A program made the translations under genes and the position numbers. From Dehalococcoidia bacterium (GTDB lineage Bacteria > Chloroflexota > Dehalococcoidia > SZUA-161 > SpSt-899), in contig JBLYPS010000008.1 in assembly GCA_048539495.1 (NCBI GenBank), positions 837 to 64,836 of the forward strand: a stretch of DNA of 64,000 nucleotides. The letters run 5' to 3'. This document shows positions 46,231 through 56,760 of this stretch, one piece after another; position 1 is the first letter of the stretch; every line of letters begins with the position of its first letter. Under the pieces are notes generated by a model, which worked only from the letters and a program-made list of their open reading frames with translations, ran no database searches and was not told the DNA's origin.

Positions 46231-46554
46231 CAACAGGATCGCCTAACAAGTCGCTGTTATGCAAAAAGTGGCTCTCCTCAAATAAGTGGGGATTTTTGCC
46301 CCGGCCCGCCACGCTCAATCAAGACGCAGAGCGGTGATTATCAAAGAAGGGTAACTACAAGCTCGACAAATGAGCTTCTGAATCGTGCCGCTGAGACTCT
46401 CAGTAAAATCATGTGGGGGATACCTTACCCCACTAAGAGCCTCCAAAAAGTCAAGGTTTTTGCGGCTCATATAGCTCACCTGGCAAAGGGAATTGTTGCA
46501 TTTCTCGGCACAGTGTTCTATATTGTTAGCAGTGGGTTAGCCTAAGTCGTTGAG

Positions 46555-46983
46555 TTGATTAATTTATGGGTCAGACAAGATTTCGGAATTAGAAAGAGGA
46601 GAAAGAAGTTGAAACAAAAGTGTTCCAATCCAAAAATGTCAGAGATTTTGTTAGAGTATGCCTCTGATTATATCGGCATGGGAGTAACTTTAGAGGAAAA
46701 AGGGCACTACCTGAATTCAGCTATTATGGCATGGAATCTTTCCCTGTTCCCAGAAGGCGAAAGAGAAAAACAAAAGCAGGCAACTCTAAAAAGGCTCGAA
46801 GAATTGACTCCTGGTTCCAAGAATCTGGAGATTCTAAAACACAATTTGGCTATCTTGATCAAGAAAAAACTAACGCAATTCCCTGAGATTAAGGAGCTAA
46901 TCCTCAACGCAGAAATCAGCATTGTTGACGGCAAAGAGTGTCTATATGTTGCTTCTACTGATTTGCAGGAAACCAATGATTAG
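46555..46983 (+). CDS. hypothetical protein in a very AT-rich patch
   Basis: Lys-rich with low-GC codon usage, unlike its neighbours. The start may be the Met at 46636. Confidence 0.35.
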   Translation: MINLWVRQDFGIRKRRKKLKQKCSNPKMSEILLEYASDYIGMGVTLEEKGHYLNSAIMAWNLSLFPEGEREKQKQATLKRLEELTPGSKNLEILKHNLAILIKKKLTQFPEIKELILNAEISIVDGKECLYVASTDLQETND

Positions 46984-47245
46984 CACAGGGCCAATGGTGA
47001 CATCATCCTGATTTTGGAGAGTCTTATCAAGCGTAGTCCTCAGAGCGTGGGAAAGCCTACTACAAGGGGAAGGACTTGACGGGAGTACGTAGCTCGCAAA
47101 GAGCCTGCCCTGAGCGAAGCCGAAGGGAAACTTATGCCGGACATAGCAGGACCGGAGCAACATAAGCCAAACTCCCTGCGGGGAATAGCAAACAGGTCGG
47201 GAGCCGGCAACGGTTACGACCTGCGCGGAACCGAGTACAACCGAG

Positions 47246-47279
47246 GAACCGGATGCGGGAAAATCGCACGTCCGGGTCT
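47246..47279 (+). ncRNA. group II intron domain V-like motif (probable degenerate intron 3' remnant)
   Basis: GAACCGGATGCGGGAAAATCGCACGTCCGGGTCT resembles the domain V consensus GAGCCGTATGCGATGAAAGTCGCACGTACGGTTCT. It has the same 2-nt AC bulge and helix register, and a hairpin follows. No intron-encoded reverse transcriptase is present. Confidence 0.4.
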
Positions 47280-47365
47280 GTGCGGGGGGCGACGGGTAAC
47301 CGGCGTTCCTACCGCGGCGGCTTGGAGTGAGTGATGAAACAGAGGGTATCATATAGAAGGTTAAC

Positions 47366-47587
47366 ATGAGCGCTATAGAGATGTTACAAACGGGGGAATT
47401 TGTGGTGGATGCCCACGGGAATAGGAGAGCTGTGTTGCTCGATTACAAAGTTTGGGAAGAACTGTTGACCTTGCTTGAAGATTGGGAAGATGCGGAGGAC
47501 ATTCGTCGTCTCCACGAGACCGGAGAGGAGGCAATCCCGTGGGAACAAGCGAAAGCAGAGCTACGAGCTAAGGGGATAGATGTATAG
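47366..47587 (+). CDS. type II antitoxin (Phd/RelB-like partner of the RelE/ParE toxin)
   Basis: 73 aa, acidic, 8 nt overlap with the downstream RelE/ParE toxin. Confidence 0.6.
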   Translation: MSAIEMLQTGEFVVDAHGNRRAVLLDYKVWEELLTLLEDWEDAEDIRRLHETGEEAIPWEQAKAELRAKGIDV

Positions 47588-47831
47588 CGTCTGCATCCTG
47601 CGGGGGGCCATCAAGGACATCGCCGACTTACCTAAGGAGTATGCCCGTTTGGCCAGCGAGCATATTGACCGCTTGCGGGAGAACCCTCGTCCGCCAGGTG
47701 CAAAGAAACTCCGAGGGACGACAGATTACAGTTTACGGGTGGGGGTGTATCGCATTCTCTACGACATAGATGATAGCCCTCGCATTGTCACCGTCTATCG
47801 AGTGAAACATCGGCGCGAAGCCTATCGCTGA
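47580..47831 (+). CDS. RelE/ParE-family type II toxin
   Basis: LPKEYARLASEHIDRLRENPRPPGAKKLRGTTDYSLRVGVYRILYDIDDSPRIVTVYRVKHRREAY is the RelE/ParE pattern. Confidence 0.8.
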   Translation: MYSVCILRGAIKDIADLPKEYARLASEHIDRLRENPRPPGAKKLRGTTDYSLRVGVYRILYDIDDSPRIVTVYRVKHRREAYR

Positions 47832-48161
47832 TTGTATTCGTTGGAGGCCAAAGCCGACTAACATCCGCTGCAGCCGACCTGTCTCCGCTGGCGCTCCGGC
47901 GGACGGCTGAGCTTTTCCGTTGCAGAGCGACAGCGATCAATGGAACGGGAGGGATGCAATATTACCCGTACTTGCATTCGTAATCCGTAGCAGTTATAAT
48001 ATCTTCAAATCCAACGAATTCCCCTCATCGCTATGGGGCGACATAGCGCAATCATCTTCTTTTTGGAGCAGGTATAAAAATGGCCTGTGATGAACCTGCG
48101 GCACACGTTGCCGAAGATGGCCGCTGTCATACCCTTTGTGATTGAGAAGTAAGGAGGATCA

Positions 48162-50501
48162 ATGACAAACGCGTCGGCTGACTATCTTGCCCACTCAGCA
48201 AACAAATATGGCAAGGTTGATCTCCTTCGTTCTCACCTCCAAAACGTTGCCAACCGCGCAGCCGAGTATGCCGAGACCTTCGGCGCTTCGGAGGAAGCCA
48301 GGCTGGCGGGTCTGCTGCACGATCTGGGGAAATATGGTGACTTGTTCCAGAGGCGACTTGAGGGGAAGGAAAGTGGGATTGATCACTGGTCGTCCGGAGC
48401 GTGGGAGGCTCTCACTAAACATCAGCAACGCGGAATTGCCATAGCCCTGGCAATCCAGGGACACCATGTCGGACTTCAGCATGCATCTGGAGATGCTCTA
48501 AGGGGCATTAATCCTGAGAAGCTGCAGGGATATCATTCGCTGGGCTTGCGACTCTCAGAGCCCGATACCAAGAAGCTGCTGCAACGGCTTGGTACGGACG
48601 GTCTGAACTTATCCCCAATCTCTTCCTCTCTTTATCCGGGGGTAAAGGAATCCTTCGAACAGAAAGAGACCGCTGCTGCCATGATGGATGTGCGGATGTT
48701 ATTCTCCACTTTGGTGGACGCTGACTTCATAGAAACTGAGGCCCATTTCCAGGAGGACTCGGATGGCAGTAAAGCTTACCGTGAGACAGGGCCTCTATTG
48801 AAACCCCAACAGACCCTGTTGCATCTCCTGGCCTACTTAAAAGAACTGGCAGTCGGTTCCGAAGCCGCCCCGCACGTGAATCAATTGCGCACACATCTAT
48901 TGCAGGCTTGTTTGGCCGCGGGAGACTTGCCGCAGGGGATTTTCACTCTTACGGCCCCGACAGGAACAGGAAAGACATTTAGCATGCTGGCCTTTGGCCT
49001 GCAACACGCGGTGAAACATGATCTTGAACGGATCATTATGGTGATTCCCTACCTGAGCATTATTGAGCAGACGGTGAGGGAGTATCGGAAAGCCCTCAAA
49101 AAATGCTTTGGTTCAGAGAGTATGCAATTCATTTTGGAGAATCACAGCCTTGCAGGCACCCGCGCCGGTGATGGGAGCGATAGCGGAAAAGAAGCCGACA
49201 TGGAGAACGAATCTCGCCGACGGGCACAGTTGCTCGCAGAGAACTGGGATGCCCCTATTGTTGTCACCACCAGTGTTCAATTGCTTGAGTCCCTGTTCGC
49301 CAATCGACCCTCGGCGTGTCGCAAACTGCATCGTCTGGCCAAGAGCGTCATTTTCTTTGATGAAGTGCAGACGCTTCCCGTATCGCTTGCTATCCCCACC
49401 CTGGCCACACTCTCCCGCCTGGCAGAACGATATGGCGCAACAGTGGTCTTCTCCACGGCCACACAGCCCGCTTTTGTGCATCTGAATGATCATGTAAGGG
49501 AATACTGCACTGGCGGTTGGGGAGCATCCGAAATTGTCCCCCCCCGGCTGAAGCTTTTCAGCAGGGCCAGGCGAACTTGTGTCGAATGGCCCGAGAATCT
49601 CAACCAGACGCTATCCTGGACAGCACTGGCCGAGCAGATTTCTCAGCACGAACGAAAGCAAGTCCTTTGCATTGTCAACCTGAAGACACACGCGCTCTTT
49701 CTGCATCAAAAGCTGGAGGAGCTCGGTGTTGAAGGGCTCTTTCATCTTTCCACCAATATGTGTCCGGCTCATCGACAGGATGCCCTGGAGCAAGTACGCC
49801 AGCAGCTGGATAAGAAACACCCATGTCATCTAATCTCCACTCAGTGTGTCGAGGCAGGGGTGGATGTGGATTTTCCGGTTGTCTATCGGGCATTCGGCCC
49901 ACTTGACGCAATTGCTCAAGCAGCCGGGCGCTGCAACCGTAATGGCCACGCCGAAACGGGCATCGTTTACGTGTTTTTACCGGAAGAAGAGAGATACCCC
50001 GACGGGGCATATGAGCAGGCTGCCGGCATCACGCGCTTTCTCCTGCAGAAGCATGGTAAGGCTGGGATGGATATCCACGACCCGGCGCTCTTTGCCGAGT
50101 ACTATCGGGAGCTTTATGACCTCATGCGCCCGGAGAACCAGAAAAAAGAACTTGCCGACGCTATCAAAGGACAGCACTTCATTGAGGTGGCAAGCCTGTA
50201 TCGAGTTATTGCCCGGGATGCCATAAATGTTCTCGTTCCCTACGATATTGATGCCTTTGCCAAACTCGGAGGTGAGGTTCGCCAAACCGGATTGAACGGC
50301 AAATGGATCGCCAAAGCGCGCCCCCACACCATAGGCTTGTTCAGGCCAAAGCTGTATGACCCGGTCAGTTCGTATCTTGACCGCATTCCCATTGGGAAGG
50401 GCAACTACTCAGAGGAATGGTATATCTATCTGAATGCCGAACATTATGATCAAACAAAAGGGCTTGTCCTGCCAACTTCAATGGAATTGCTGATTGGTTG
50501 A
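48162..50501 (+). CDS. cas3: CRISPR-associated helicase/nuclease Cas3 (HD domain plus SF2 helicase)
   Basis: N-terminal HD motifs (LLHDLGKYGDLFQ; H...D), Walker A APTGTGKT, a DEVQ box (FFDEVQ), and a helicase C-terminal domain. It is the first gene of a type I-C operon. Confidence 0.9.
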   Translation: MTNASADYLAHSANKYGKVDLLRSHLQNVANRAAEYAETFGASEEARLAGLLHDLGKYGDLFQRRLEGKESGIDHWSSGAWEALTKHQQRGIAIALAIQGHHVGLQHASGDALRGINPEKLQGYHSLGLRLSEPDTKKLLQRLGTDGLNLSPISSSLYPGVKESFEQKETAAAMMDVRMLFSTLVDADFIETEAHFQEDSDGSKAYRETGPLLKPQQTLLHLLAYLKELAVGSEAAPHVNQLRTHLLQACLAAGDLPQGIFTLTAPTGTGKTFSMLAFGLQHAVKHDLERIIMVIPYLSIIEQTVREYRKALKKCFGSESMQFILENHSLAGTRAGDGSDSGKEADMENESRRRAQLLAENWDAPIVVTTSVQLLESLFANRPSACRKLHRLAKSVIFFDEVQTLPVSLAIPTLATLSRLAERYGATVVFSTATQPAFVHLNDHVREYCTGGWGASEIVPPRLKLFSRARRTCVEWPENLNQTLSWTALAEQISQHERKQVLCIVNLKTHALFLHQKLEELGVEGLFHLSTNMCPAHRQDALEQVRQQLDKKHPCHLISTQCVEAGVDVDFPVVYRAFGPLDAIAQAAGRCNRNGHAETGIVYVFLPEEERYPDGAYEQAAGITRFLLQKHGKAGMDIHDPALFAEYYRELYDLMRPENQKKELADAIKGQHFIEVASLYRVIARDAINVLVPYDIDAFAKLGGEVRQTGLNGKWIAKARPHTIGLFRPKLYDPVSSYLDRIPIGKGNYSEEWYIYLNAEHYDQTKGLVLPTSMELLIG

Positions 50502-50615
50502 TGTCGGAGCGTGATGCCAGACTTTAGCTTCGCCAAAGCGACTCTCAGGGGCGCGCTACGAAAATCCAGGTTGGAGGAGGTGCTATGTATAAATAACCGA
50601 AGTTGAAACCAGGGT

Positions 50616-51395
50616 TTGCCAGTCAGAAAGGAGAAAGGAGGTTGTGTGAAACCGAAAGATCAGGTGCTGGAAGTGTGGGGCGATTTCGCCTGCTTTACCA
50701 GACCGGAACTCAAGGTGGAGCGATTCAGCTATCCGGTTATCACGCCCTCGGCCGCGCGAGGCATCTACGATGCTATCTACTGTAAACCCAACAGAGACCC
50801 CACGAAGGCTGAATTCCGCTGGCAGGTAACCAGGATAGAAATCCTGTCACCACCGCAATACATTGCCTTGCGTCGCAACGAAGTTAAGGACAAGGCCCCA
50901 GCGAAGGCTATCGTTACTTGGATGAGCGGCAAAAAACCACCGGAGCCCCTCTGGGCTGATGGCACCTCGGACATGCTGGGCACGGACCAGAAAGGACGCA
51001 CGCAGCGGCAGACGATGGCTCTGAAAGGCGTTCGGTATCATCTACACGCAGAGGTCCGACCCTGGCCTGGGTTCGAAGATCGGCTACAAGCAATAGAAAA
51101 TTGCTTCCGCCGTCGCGCTGCCACCGGCAAGTGCATCTACCAGCCTTACTTTGGCTGCCGCGAGTTCCCCGCCTATTTCAAGTTGGTCGAGCCGGATGCC
51201 CCTTCCGTGGAACGGGTACAGGATGACAGGGATATCGGTTGGATGCTCTACGACGTTTTCGATCTTTCCCAACCGGGGGGCTGTGATGATGAACCTTGCA
51301 TTAGCCTCTTTCGGGCAAAAGTCACCGAAGGGATACTGAAAGTGCCAGAATATGAAAGCGAGGCGGTGCTCAAGGGTGTGAGGAGGGAACGCTGA
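50616..51395 (+). CDS. cas5: Cas5c/Cas5d (type I-C)
   Basis: LEVWGDFACFTRPELKVERFSYPVITPSAARGIYDAIYCKP is the Cas5d signature. The start may be the GTG at about 50645. Confidence 0.85.
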   Translation: MPVRKEKGGCVKPKDQVLEVWGDFACFTRPELKVERFSYPVITPSAARGIYDAIYCKPNRDPTKAEFRWQVTRIEILSPPQYIALRRNEVKDKAPAKAIVTWMSGKKPPEPLWADGTSDMLGTDQKGRTQRQTMALKGVRYHLHAEVRPWPGFEDRLQAIENCFRRRAATGKCIYQPYFGCREFPAYFKLVEPDAPSVERVQDDRDIGWMLYDVFDLSQPGGCDDEPCISLFRAKVTEGILKVPEYESEAVLKGVRRER

Positions 51396-53281
51396 TGCTG
51401 GATATACTTGTAAGATACGCACATGATCGTGGGCTGGAGCCAGAACCGGGCTTTAAGGCCAAGGACGTCCGCTGGGCTATTGTCTGCGACGCTGATAGTC
51501 GATTTCTCAATGTTCTCCAACTGGGCGATACAAGTCAGAAGAACAATCCGGGACAAACGTTTCATAAATGCCCGGACCTCAGCCAACCAGAGATGGTGGC
51601 AGGTGGAGAGACGAAAAGCCACTTCCTGGTGGAGACCGCCGAAGTTGTGGCACTCTACGGAAAGAATGCCGTTAATCCCAAAGTCCGCGAACGCCACCAG
51701 TACTTCGTGAAGCTACATCAGGATGCGGGAACGTCCATGCCTGAGCTGGCCAGGCTGGCAGAGCAACTTGGCCAGCCGGAAACCATCGGTGCGATACGAT
51801 CACGATTCGAATCTCAGAAAGTCAAGCCCTCCGAAAAGGTGACATTTCGAATCGGAAGTGCCTATCCTGTAGAGTCTGATGCATGGCATGACTGGTGGCG
51901 TGAGTTCAGAAAAGGGCTGGCAGGAGGCAAATCCGAGGGAAAAGAAGGAGCTGCAAAGAAATCCGCACGGAACAAAGACGCGAGCGCCTTGATGCGCTGT
52001 TTTATCACCGGGGAATTGGTCGAACCGGTACCCACGCACTTGAAGATAGAGAAGCTCGCCGATGTCGGCGGCCAGCGCAGTGGCGACGCCCTGATCTGTT
52101 TTGACAAAGAGGCATTTCGTTCATATCGGTTGGAGCAATCTGCCAATGCAGCGATCTCGGAGCAATCCATGGCATCCTATTGCGCTGCGCTTAATCACCT
52201 CATAAAAAGGAGCGGTCGGCGTTTGGCCGGAGCCAAGGTTGTTCACTGGTTCAAGAGAAAGGATGTGCCAGAAGAAGACGATCCTATGGCATGGCTGGAG
52301 GAAGGAGCGGGGCAACAGGAGCTGAATGCCCAACGCCGGGCTGAAGAACTGCTTCAGAGCATCCAGACTGGAAAGCGCCCTGATCTGGCCAATAACTACT
52401 TCTACGCACTCACACTCTCCGGGGCAGCGGGGCGAGTGATGGTGCGTGACTGGATGGAGGGGCGATTTGAGGAGTTGGTGACAAACATCTGCGCCTGGTT
52501 TGATGATCTGGAGATTGTAAACTTATCCGGCGTGAAAAGTGCCAGGACCCCAGGCATTGAGCGTGTGATCACATGTCTTTTGCCGCTGAAAAAGAAAAAT
52601 CAGGAGTACAAGGACTGGATCAAACCGATTGGAGCAGAACGTCTGAGCCTTTGGCAGGCAGCTATTCGTGGACGTAAGACACCGATTTCTCACAGCGCAG
52701 TGTCGCGTGCAGTATTGTTGAATCGAGAGTTTTGCTTATCAGCAAAACTGGAGGAGGCTCTCCAAAGAAACGATGACCGAGCAAACACTCTGTCTTTGCT
52801 CTATGCCCGCATGGGCCTGATGAAGGCGTATCACCTTCGCAAAAACAGGGAAGGAGGAAGAGAAACGATGACATCGGAGTTAAAACCATACTTGAATGAG
52901 GATCACCCTCACCCCGCTTACCACTGCGGGAGGCTCATGGCCGTACTGGCCGCCCTCCAGCGCGCCGCACTGGGGGATATCGGTGCAGGTGTGGTCCAGC
53001 GTTATTATGCTGCTGCCAGCAGCACGCCGGCGCTGGTGTTAGGACGCCTGACTCGCACCAGCCAGTTCCATCTGAATAAACTGGAGCAGGGGCTGGCCTA
53101 TTGGTACGAGAGCAAAATTGCCCAGATCTGGAGCCGCATTAAGGACGGTATTCCTGGAACATTGAGTCTGGAAGAACAGAGTCTTTTTGCCCTGGGCTAC
53201 TACCAGCAGATTGCTCACATGAGAACAAAACGGTCGGATAAGTCCGAAAATCAACCCAAAGAGGAGGACAACAATGAGTAA
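51395..53281 (+). CDS. cas8c: Cas8c/Csd1 (type I-C large subunit)
   Basis: 628 aa, between cas5c and cas7c. Its position and size fit Csd1, and it overlaps the neighbouring genes by a few nt. Confidence 0.75.
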   Translation: MLDILVRYAHDRGLEPEPGFKAKDVRWAIVCDADSRFLNVLQLGDTSQKNNPGQTFHKCPDLSQPEMVAGGETKSHFLVETAEVVALYGKNAVNPKVRERHQYFVKLHQDAGTSMPELARLAEQLGQPETIGAIRSRFESQKVKPSEKVTFRIGSAYPVESDAWHDWWREFRKGLAGGKSEGKEGAAKKSARNKDASALMRCFITGELVEPVPTHLKIEKLADVGGQRSGDALICFDKEAFRSYRLEQSANAAISEQSMASYCAALNHLIKRSGRRLAGAKVVHWFKRKDVPEEDDPMAWLEEGAGQQELNAQRRAEELLQSIQTGKRPDLANNYFYALTLSGAAGRVMVRDWMEGRFEELVTNICAWFDDLEIVNLSGVKSARTPGIERVITCLLPLKKKNQEYKDWIKPIGAERLSLWQAAIRGRKTPISHSAVSRAVLLNREFCLSAKLEEALQRNDDRANTLSLLYARMGLMKAYHLRKNREGGRETMTSELKPYLNEDHPHPAYHCGRLMAVLAALQRAALGDIGAGVVQRYYAAASSTPALVLGRLTRTSQFHLNKLEQGLAYWYESKIAQIWSRIKDGIPGTLSLEEQSLFALGYYQQIAHMRTKRSDKSENQPKEEDNNE

Positions 53282-54290
53282 CCCAATCACAAATCGCTAC
53301 GAGTTTCTCTATCTGTTTGACTGCGAAAACGGCAATCCCAACGGTGATCCCGATGCCGGCAATGCCCCGCGCATCGATCCTCAGGACATGTGTGGGCTGG
53401 TCTCCGACGTTGCCCTGAAGCGGCGGGTGCGTAATTATATCCAGCTCGCCAGGGGCAATCAGATGCCCAACGCCATCTTCATCGAGCACGCGACCAATCT
53501 GAATCGCCCCATCGTCCGCGCTCACGAAGAGACCGAAGGTGGACTTAGCGAAACCCAAAAAGGTGCAGGCAAGAAAAAGGTCGAGTTGGCCCGAGAGTGG
53601 ATGTGCAAGAACTTCTATGACGTGCGTACTTTTGGGGCGGTGATGAGCACTGGCCCAAACGCCGGCCAGGTGCGTGGCCCGGTGCAGTTCGCTTTTGCCC
53701 GCTCCCTCGATCCTGTTCTACCTCTCGATATCTCCATTACACGGATGGCGATAGCGGAAAACGTAAGGGGGGCAAAATCAAGTGAAGACTATGCAAAATG
53801 GGAAGCTGAGCAACCTGAAGACTCGCTCCGCACGATGGGCCGCAAAGCCATGATTCCCTATGGGTTGTACGTAGCCAAGGGCTTTATCAGCGCCCATCTT
53901 GCCGAGGGAACTGGCTTTTCTGAAGGTGATCTGGACTTGTTTTGGAACGCATTGCTTGGAATGTACGAACATGACCGCTCGGCGAGTAAGGGCCTCATGT
54001 CGGTGCGCGAGCCGATCTTCGTCTTCCAGCACGTGGGGACCGACAGCGATGAAAGGCAGCGAGCCCGGCAATCCAAACTTGGCTGTGCGCCCGCACATAA
54101 GCTTTTTGATCTCGTGGAGATTCAAAAGCGTGAGGGAGTCGATGTCCCTCGGACCTTTGCAAATTACCGGATTATATTCCACAAGAGTCGATTGCCGAAT
54201 GGTGTACGGGCCGGCTTCATTGTCTCAGGTGATGGCGGAAAAGCAGATATCCGCTGGGACGAGCCTCCTGACTCAATACTGGAAGGGTGA
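53274..54290 (+). CDS. cas7: Cas7c/Csd2 (type I-C backbone subunit)
   Basis: [30 protein letters not shown]...[15 protein letters not shown] is the Csd2 N-terminal signature. Confidence 0.9.
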   Translation: MSNPITNRYEFLYLFDCENGNPNGDPDAGNAPRIDPQDMCGLVSDVALKRRVRNYIQLARGNQMPNAIFIEHATNLNRPIVRAHEETEGGLSETQKGAGKKKVELAREWMCKNFYDVRTFGAVMSTGPNAGQVRGPVQFAFARSLDPVLPLDISITRMAIAENVRGAKSSEDYAKWEAEQPEDSLRTMGRKAMIPYGLYVAKGFISAHLAEGTGFSEGDLDLFWNALLGMYEHDRSASKGLMSVREPIFVFQHVGTDSDERQRARQSKLGCAPAHKLFDLVEIQKREGVDVPRTFANYRIIFHKSRLPNGVRAGFIVSGDGGKADIRWDEPPDSILEG

Positions 54291-54523
54291 GTGGAATAAC
54301 AGGCGGGTAATACTGTCAAATGACGTCCACTATTTTTGACTGCCTCGACCTGGGTAGAGATTATACCCCTCGCCCTAGGGCCGTCAAGGGTAAAGGCTTT
54401 GCCCGATCTGAAGCTCGCCCTTGACAGCCCGGCGGGCTCGGGATAACGTTTCCAGTAACAAGTCGAGGCAAGTTTGCATCTTTTTGGAGTAGCAGTCATT
54501 TGACAGAATAGGTAATCGTAGTT

Positions 54524-55204
54524 ATGTATAGTGAAGATGAACTCCTGCCCATCTCCGCCCTTCAGCACTTGCTCTTCTGTGAGCGCCGGGCGGCTCTGGT
54601 TCACATTGAGGGTCTGTGGGATGAAAATCCTTTCACCGTAGAGGGACGCTACCTGCATGAGCGCACGCACGAGATAGGTACCGAGGTTCGCGGTGACCTG
54701 CGAATCGCACGCGGCCTGCGTCTGCGCTCGCTCCGGTTGGGACTTACGGGAAAGGCAGATGTGGTAGAGTTCTGCCGTCTGCCGGAAGGTCGGGCAGGGG
54801 TATCTTTCGTGAATGTGAGCGGCCTATGGAATCCTATTCCTGTGGAATACAAGCGAGGCAGACTCCGCCATGAAAGGGGTTACGAAGTCCAGCTCTGCGC
54901 TCAGGCCATATGCCTGGAGGAAATGATGAACGTCGAGGTAGGAGCTGGGGCAATTTACTATGGCAAGACTCGCCGCCGGCTTGAAATCACCTTTGACGAG
55001 AAGCTCCGCCGGGAAACGGAAAGAGCCGCTGAACGTCTACATGAACTATTGGCATCTGAAGGAACGCCCGGGGCCGTTCATGGGCCGAAATGCAAGAGCT
55101 GTTCACTGCTCGATCTCTGTATGCCCGGCCTCACCGGCAAGCGACGGAATGTACGGGGATATCTGTCAAAGGCCATCGCCGAGGCAGGAGAGGATAAATT
55201 ATGA
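54524..55204 (+). CDS. cas4: Cas4 (RecB-like nuclease, Fe-S)
   Basis: ISALQHLLFCERRAALVHIEGLWDENPFTVEGRYLHER, a DxK-type core, and a C-terminal Cys cluster (CKSCSLLDLC). Confidence 0.85.
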   Translation: MYSEDELLPISALQHLLFCERRAALVHIEGLWDENPFTVEGRYLHERTHEIGTEVRGDLRIARGLRLRSLRLGLTGKADVVEFCRLPEGRAGVSFVNVSGLWNPIPVEYKRGRLRHERGYEVQLCAQAICLEEMMNVEVGAGAIYYGKTRRRLEITFDEKLRRETERAAERLHELLASEGTPGAVHGPKCKSCSLLDLCMPGLTGKRRNVRGYLSKAIAEAGEDKL

Positions 55205-56232
55205 AACGCTTGCTCAATACGCTGTATGTTACTACTCAGGGCTCCTATCTGGCGCGGGAGGGCGAGACGGTGCTGGTCCGGGTTGGCGGAGAAACGAAGC
55301 TCCGCCTGCCGGTCCATACTCTGGGCAGCATTGTATGTTTCGGTCAGGTTTCCTGCAGTCCGCCGCTGATGGGACTGTGCGCCGAGCGCAACGTGGCGAT
55401 CTCCTTCCTCAGCGAGCGAGGGAGGTTTTTCGCCCGGGTCGAGGGACCCGTCTCGGGCAATGTGTTGTTGCGACGCGAGCAGTACCGCCGAGCGGACGAC
55501 CCCGAAGTCTCAGCCGAACTCGCCCGCGCGATGGTCATTGCCAAGATCGCCAATTGCCGGACGGTTCTTCTCAGAGCGGCTCGTGACCGGCCCGAGGACG
55601 AGGGTGCTGGGAAGCTATCAGAGGCAGCCGATCGTCTGGCACAACATCTCAAGAGTCTGGAGAACCCGGTGCCGCTTGATACTGTGCGTGGCAAGGAAGG
55701 GGATGCGGCACGGCGGTACTTTGATGTTTTTGACCACCTGATCACCAGCCAAAAGGAGAGTTTCTTTTTCCACGAGCGCAGCCGCCGTCCGCCGCTGGAT
55801 AATATGAATGCGCTTCTTTCATTCCTGTATACCCTGCTGGTTCATGACGTTGCCGCGGCGCTTGAGGGAGTGGGGCTCGATCCGGCGGTGGGATATCTGC
55901 ATCGGGATCGACCGGGACGCCCGGGACTTGCGCTCGATATAATGGAGGAATTCAGGCCTTATCTGGCAGACCGCCTGGCGCTGTCGCTCGTGAACCGGCA
56001 ACAGATCAAGGGAAAGGGGTTTCGGAGAACGGAAACGGGAGCCGTGCTCATGGATGATGCCACCCGTAAAGAAGTGCTTGTAGCTTATCAAAAGCGGAAA
56101 CAGGAGGAAATTCAGCACCCTTTCTTAGGAGAAAAGGTTGAAGTAGGACTCCTGCCACATGTGCAGGCACTGCTTCTGGCACGGCACTTACGGGGAGACC
56201 TGAATGGGTATCCACCGTTTTTCTGGAAATAG
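55201..56232 (+). CDS. cas1: Cas1 integrase
   Basis: LNTLYVTTQGSYLAREGETVLV... with the Cas1 metal-binding region. 343 aa; start overlaps the cas4 stop. Confidence 0.9.
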   Translation: MKRLLNTLYVTTQGSYLAREGETVLVRVGGETKLRLPVHTLGSIVCFGQVSCSPPLMGLCAERNVAISFLSERGRFFARVEGPVSGNVLLRREQYRRADDPEVSAELARAMVIAKIANCRTVLLRAARDRPEDEGAGKLSEAADRLAQHLKSLENPVPLDTVRGKEGDAARRYFDVFDHLITSQKESFFFHERSRRPPLDNMNALLSFLYTLLVHDVAAALEGVGLDPAVGYLHRDRPGRPGLALDIMEEFRPYLADRLALSLVNRQQIKGKGFRRTETGAVLMDDATRKEVLVAYQKRKQEEIQHPFLGEKVEVGLLPHVQALLLARHLRGDLNGYPPFFWK

Positions 56233-56338
56233 GTAAACCCGACCCGTGGCTTTGCGCAAGTGCCATGGGTAGCACATTAACAACTGGATATTGAAGGACA
56301 GCAGTTTGGGGTAAGAATCATGAAACGGAGAGAGCAAA

Positions 56339-56629
56339 ATGCTGGTTCTGGTAACCTATGATGTTAGCACAGAGTCGGAGGGGGGACAGAAAAGGCTGCG
56401 GCGTGTGGCCAAGATATGCAAAAACTACGGCCAGAGGGTGCAGAAGTCGGTCTTTGAATGTTTGGTGGATCCTGCCCAGTGGGCGGCAATGCGACAGCGT
56501 TTGATAGATGAAATCAAGACCGAAGAAGACAGCTTGCGCTTCTATTTTCTGGGGAAGAACTGGAAGAGAAGAGTGGAGCATGTGGGAGCCAATGCCGGTT
56601 ACGATCCCGAGGGGCCCCTGATTGTTTGA
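56339..56629 (+). CDS. cas2: Cas2
   Basis: MLVLVTYDVSTESEGGQKRLRRVAKICKNYGQRVQKSVFEC; 96 aa. Confidence 0.9.
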   Translation: MLVLVTYDVSTESEGGQKRLRRVAKICKNYGQRVQKSVFECLVDPAQWAAMRQRLIDEIKTEEDSLRFYFLGKNWKRRVEHVGANAGYDPEGPLIV

Positions 56630-56760
56630 AGTGCCTTTTGCGCCGACCCGGAGCGATCGCGGATCACGTGTGGGGTCCGCGAGCTTTGAGAGTTCCTTTT
56701 TCCAGTCGCTTAAGGGCGTGTTCGCGCAGCGGCATGGATTAAAACGTATCTGGAGATACG

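Noticed and set aside
46942-47367. 141-aa minus-strand ORF between the AT-rich gene and the RelE/ParE pair
   Set aside because: It is antisense to the structured group II-intron-like region, with unusual composition and no motif. More likely non-coding.
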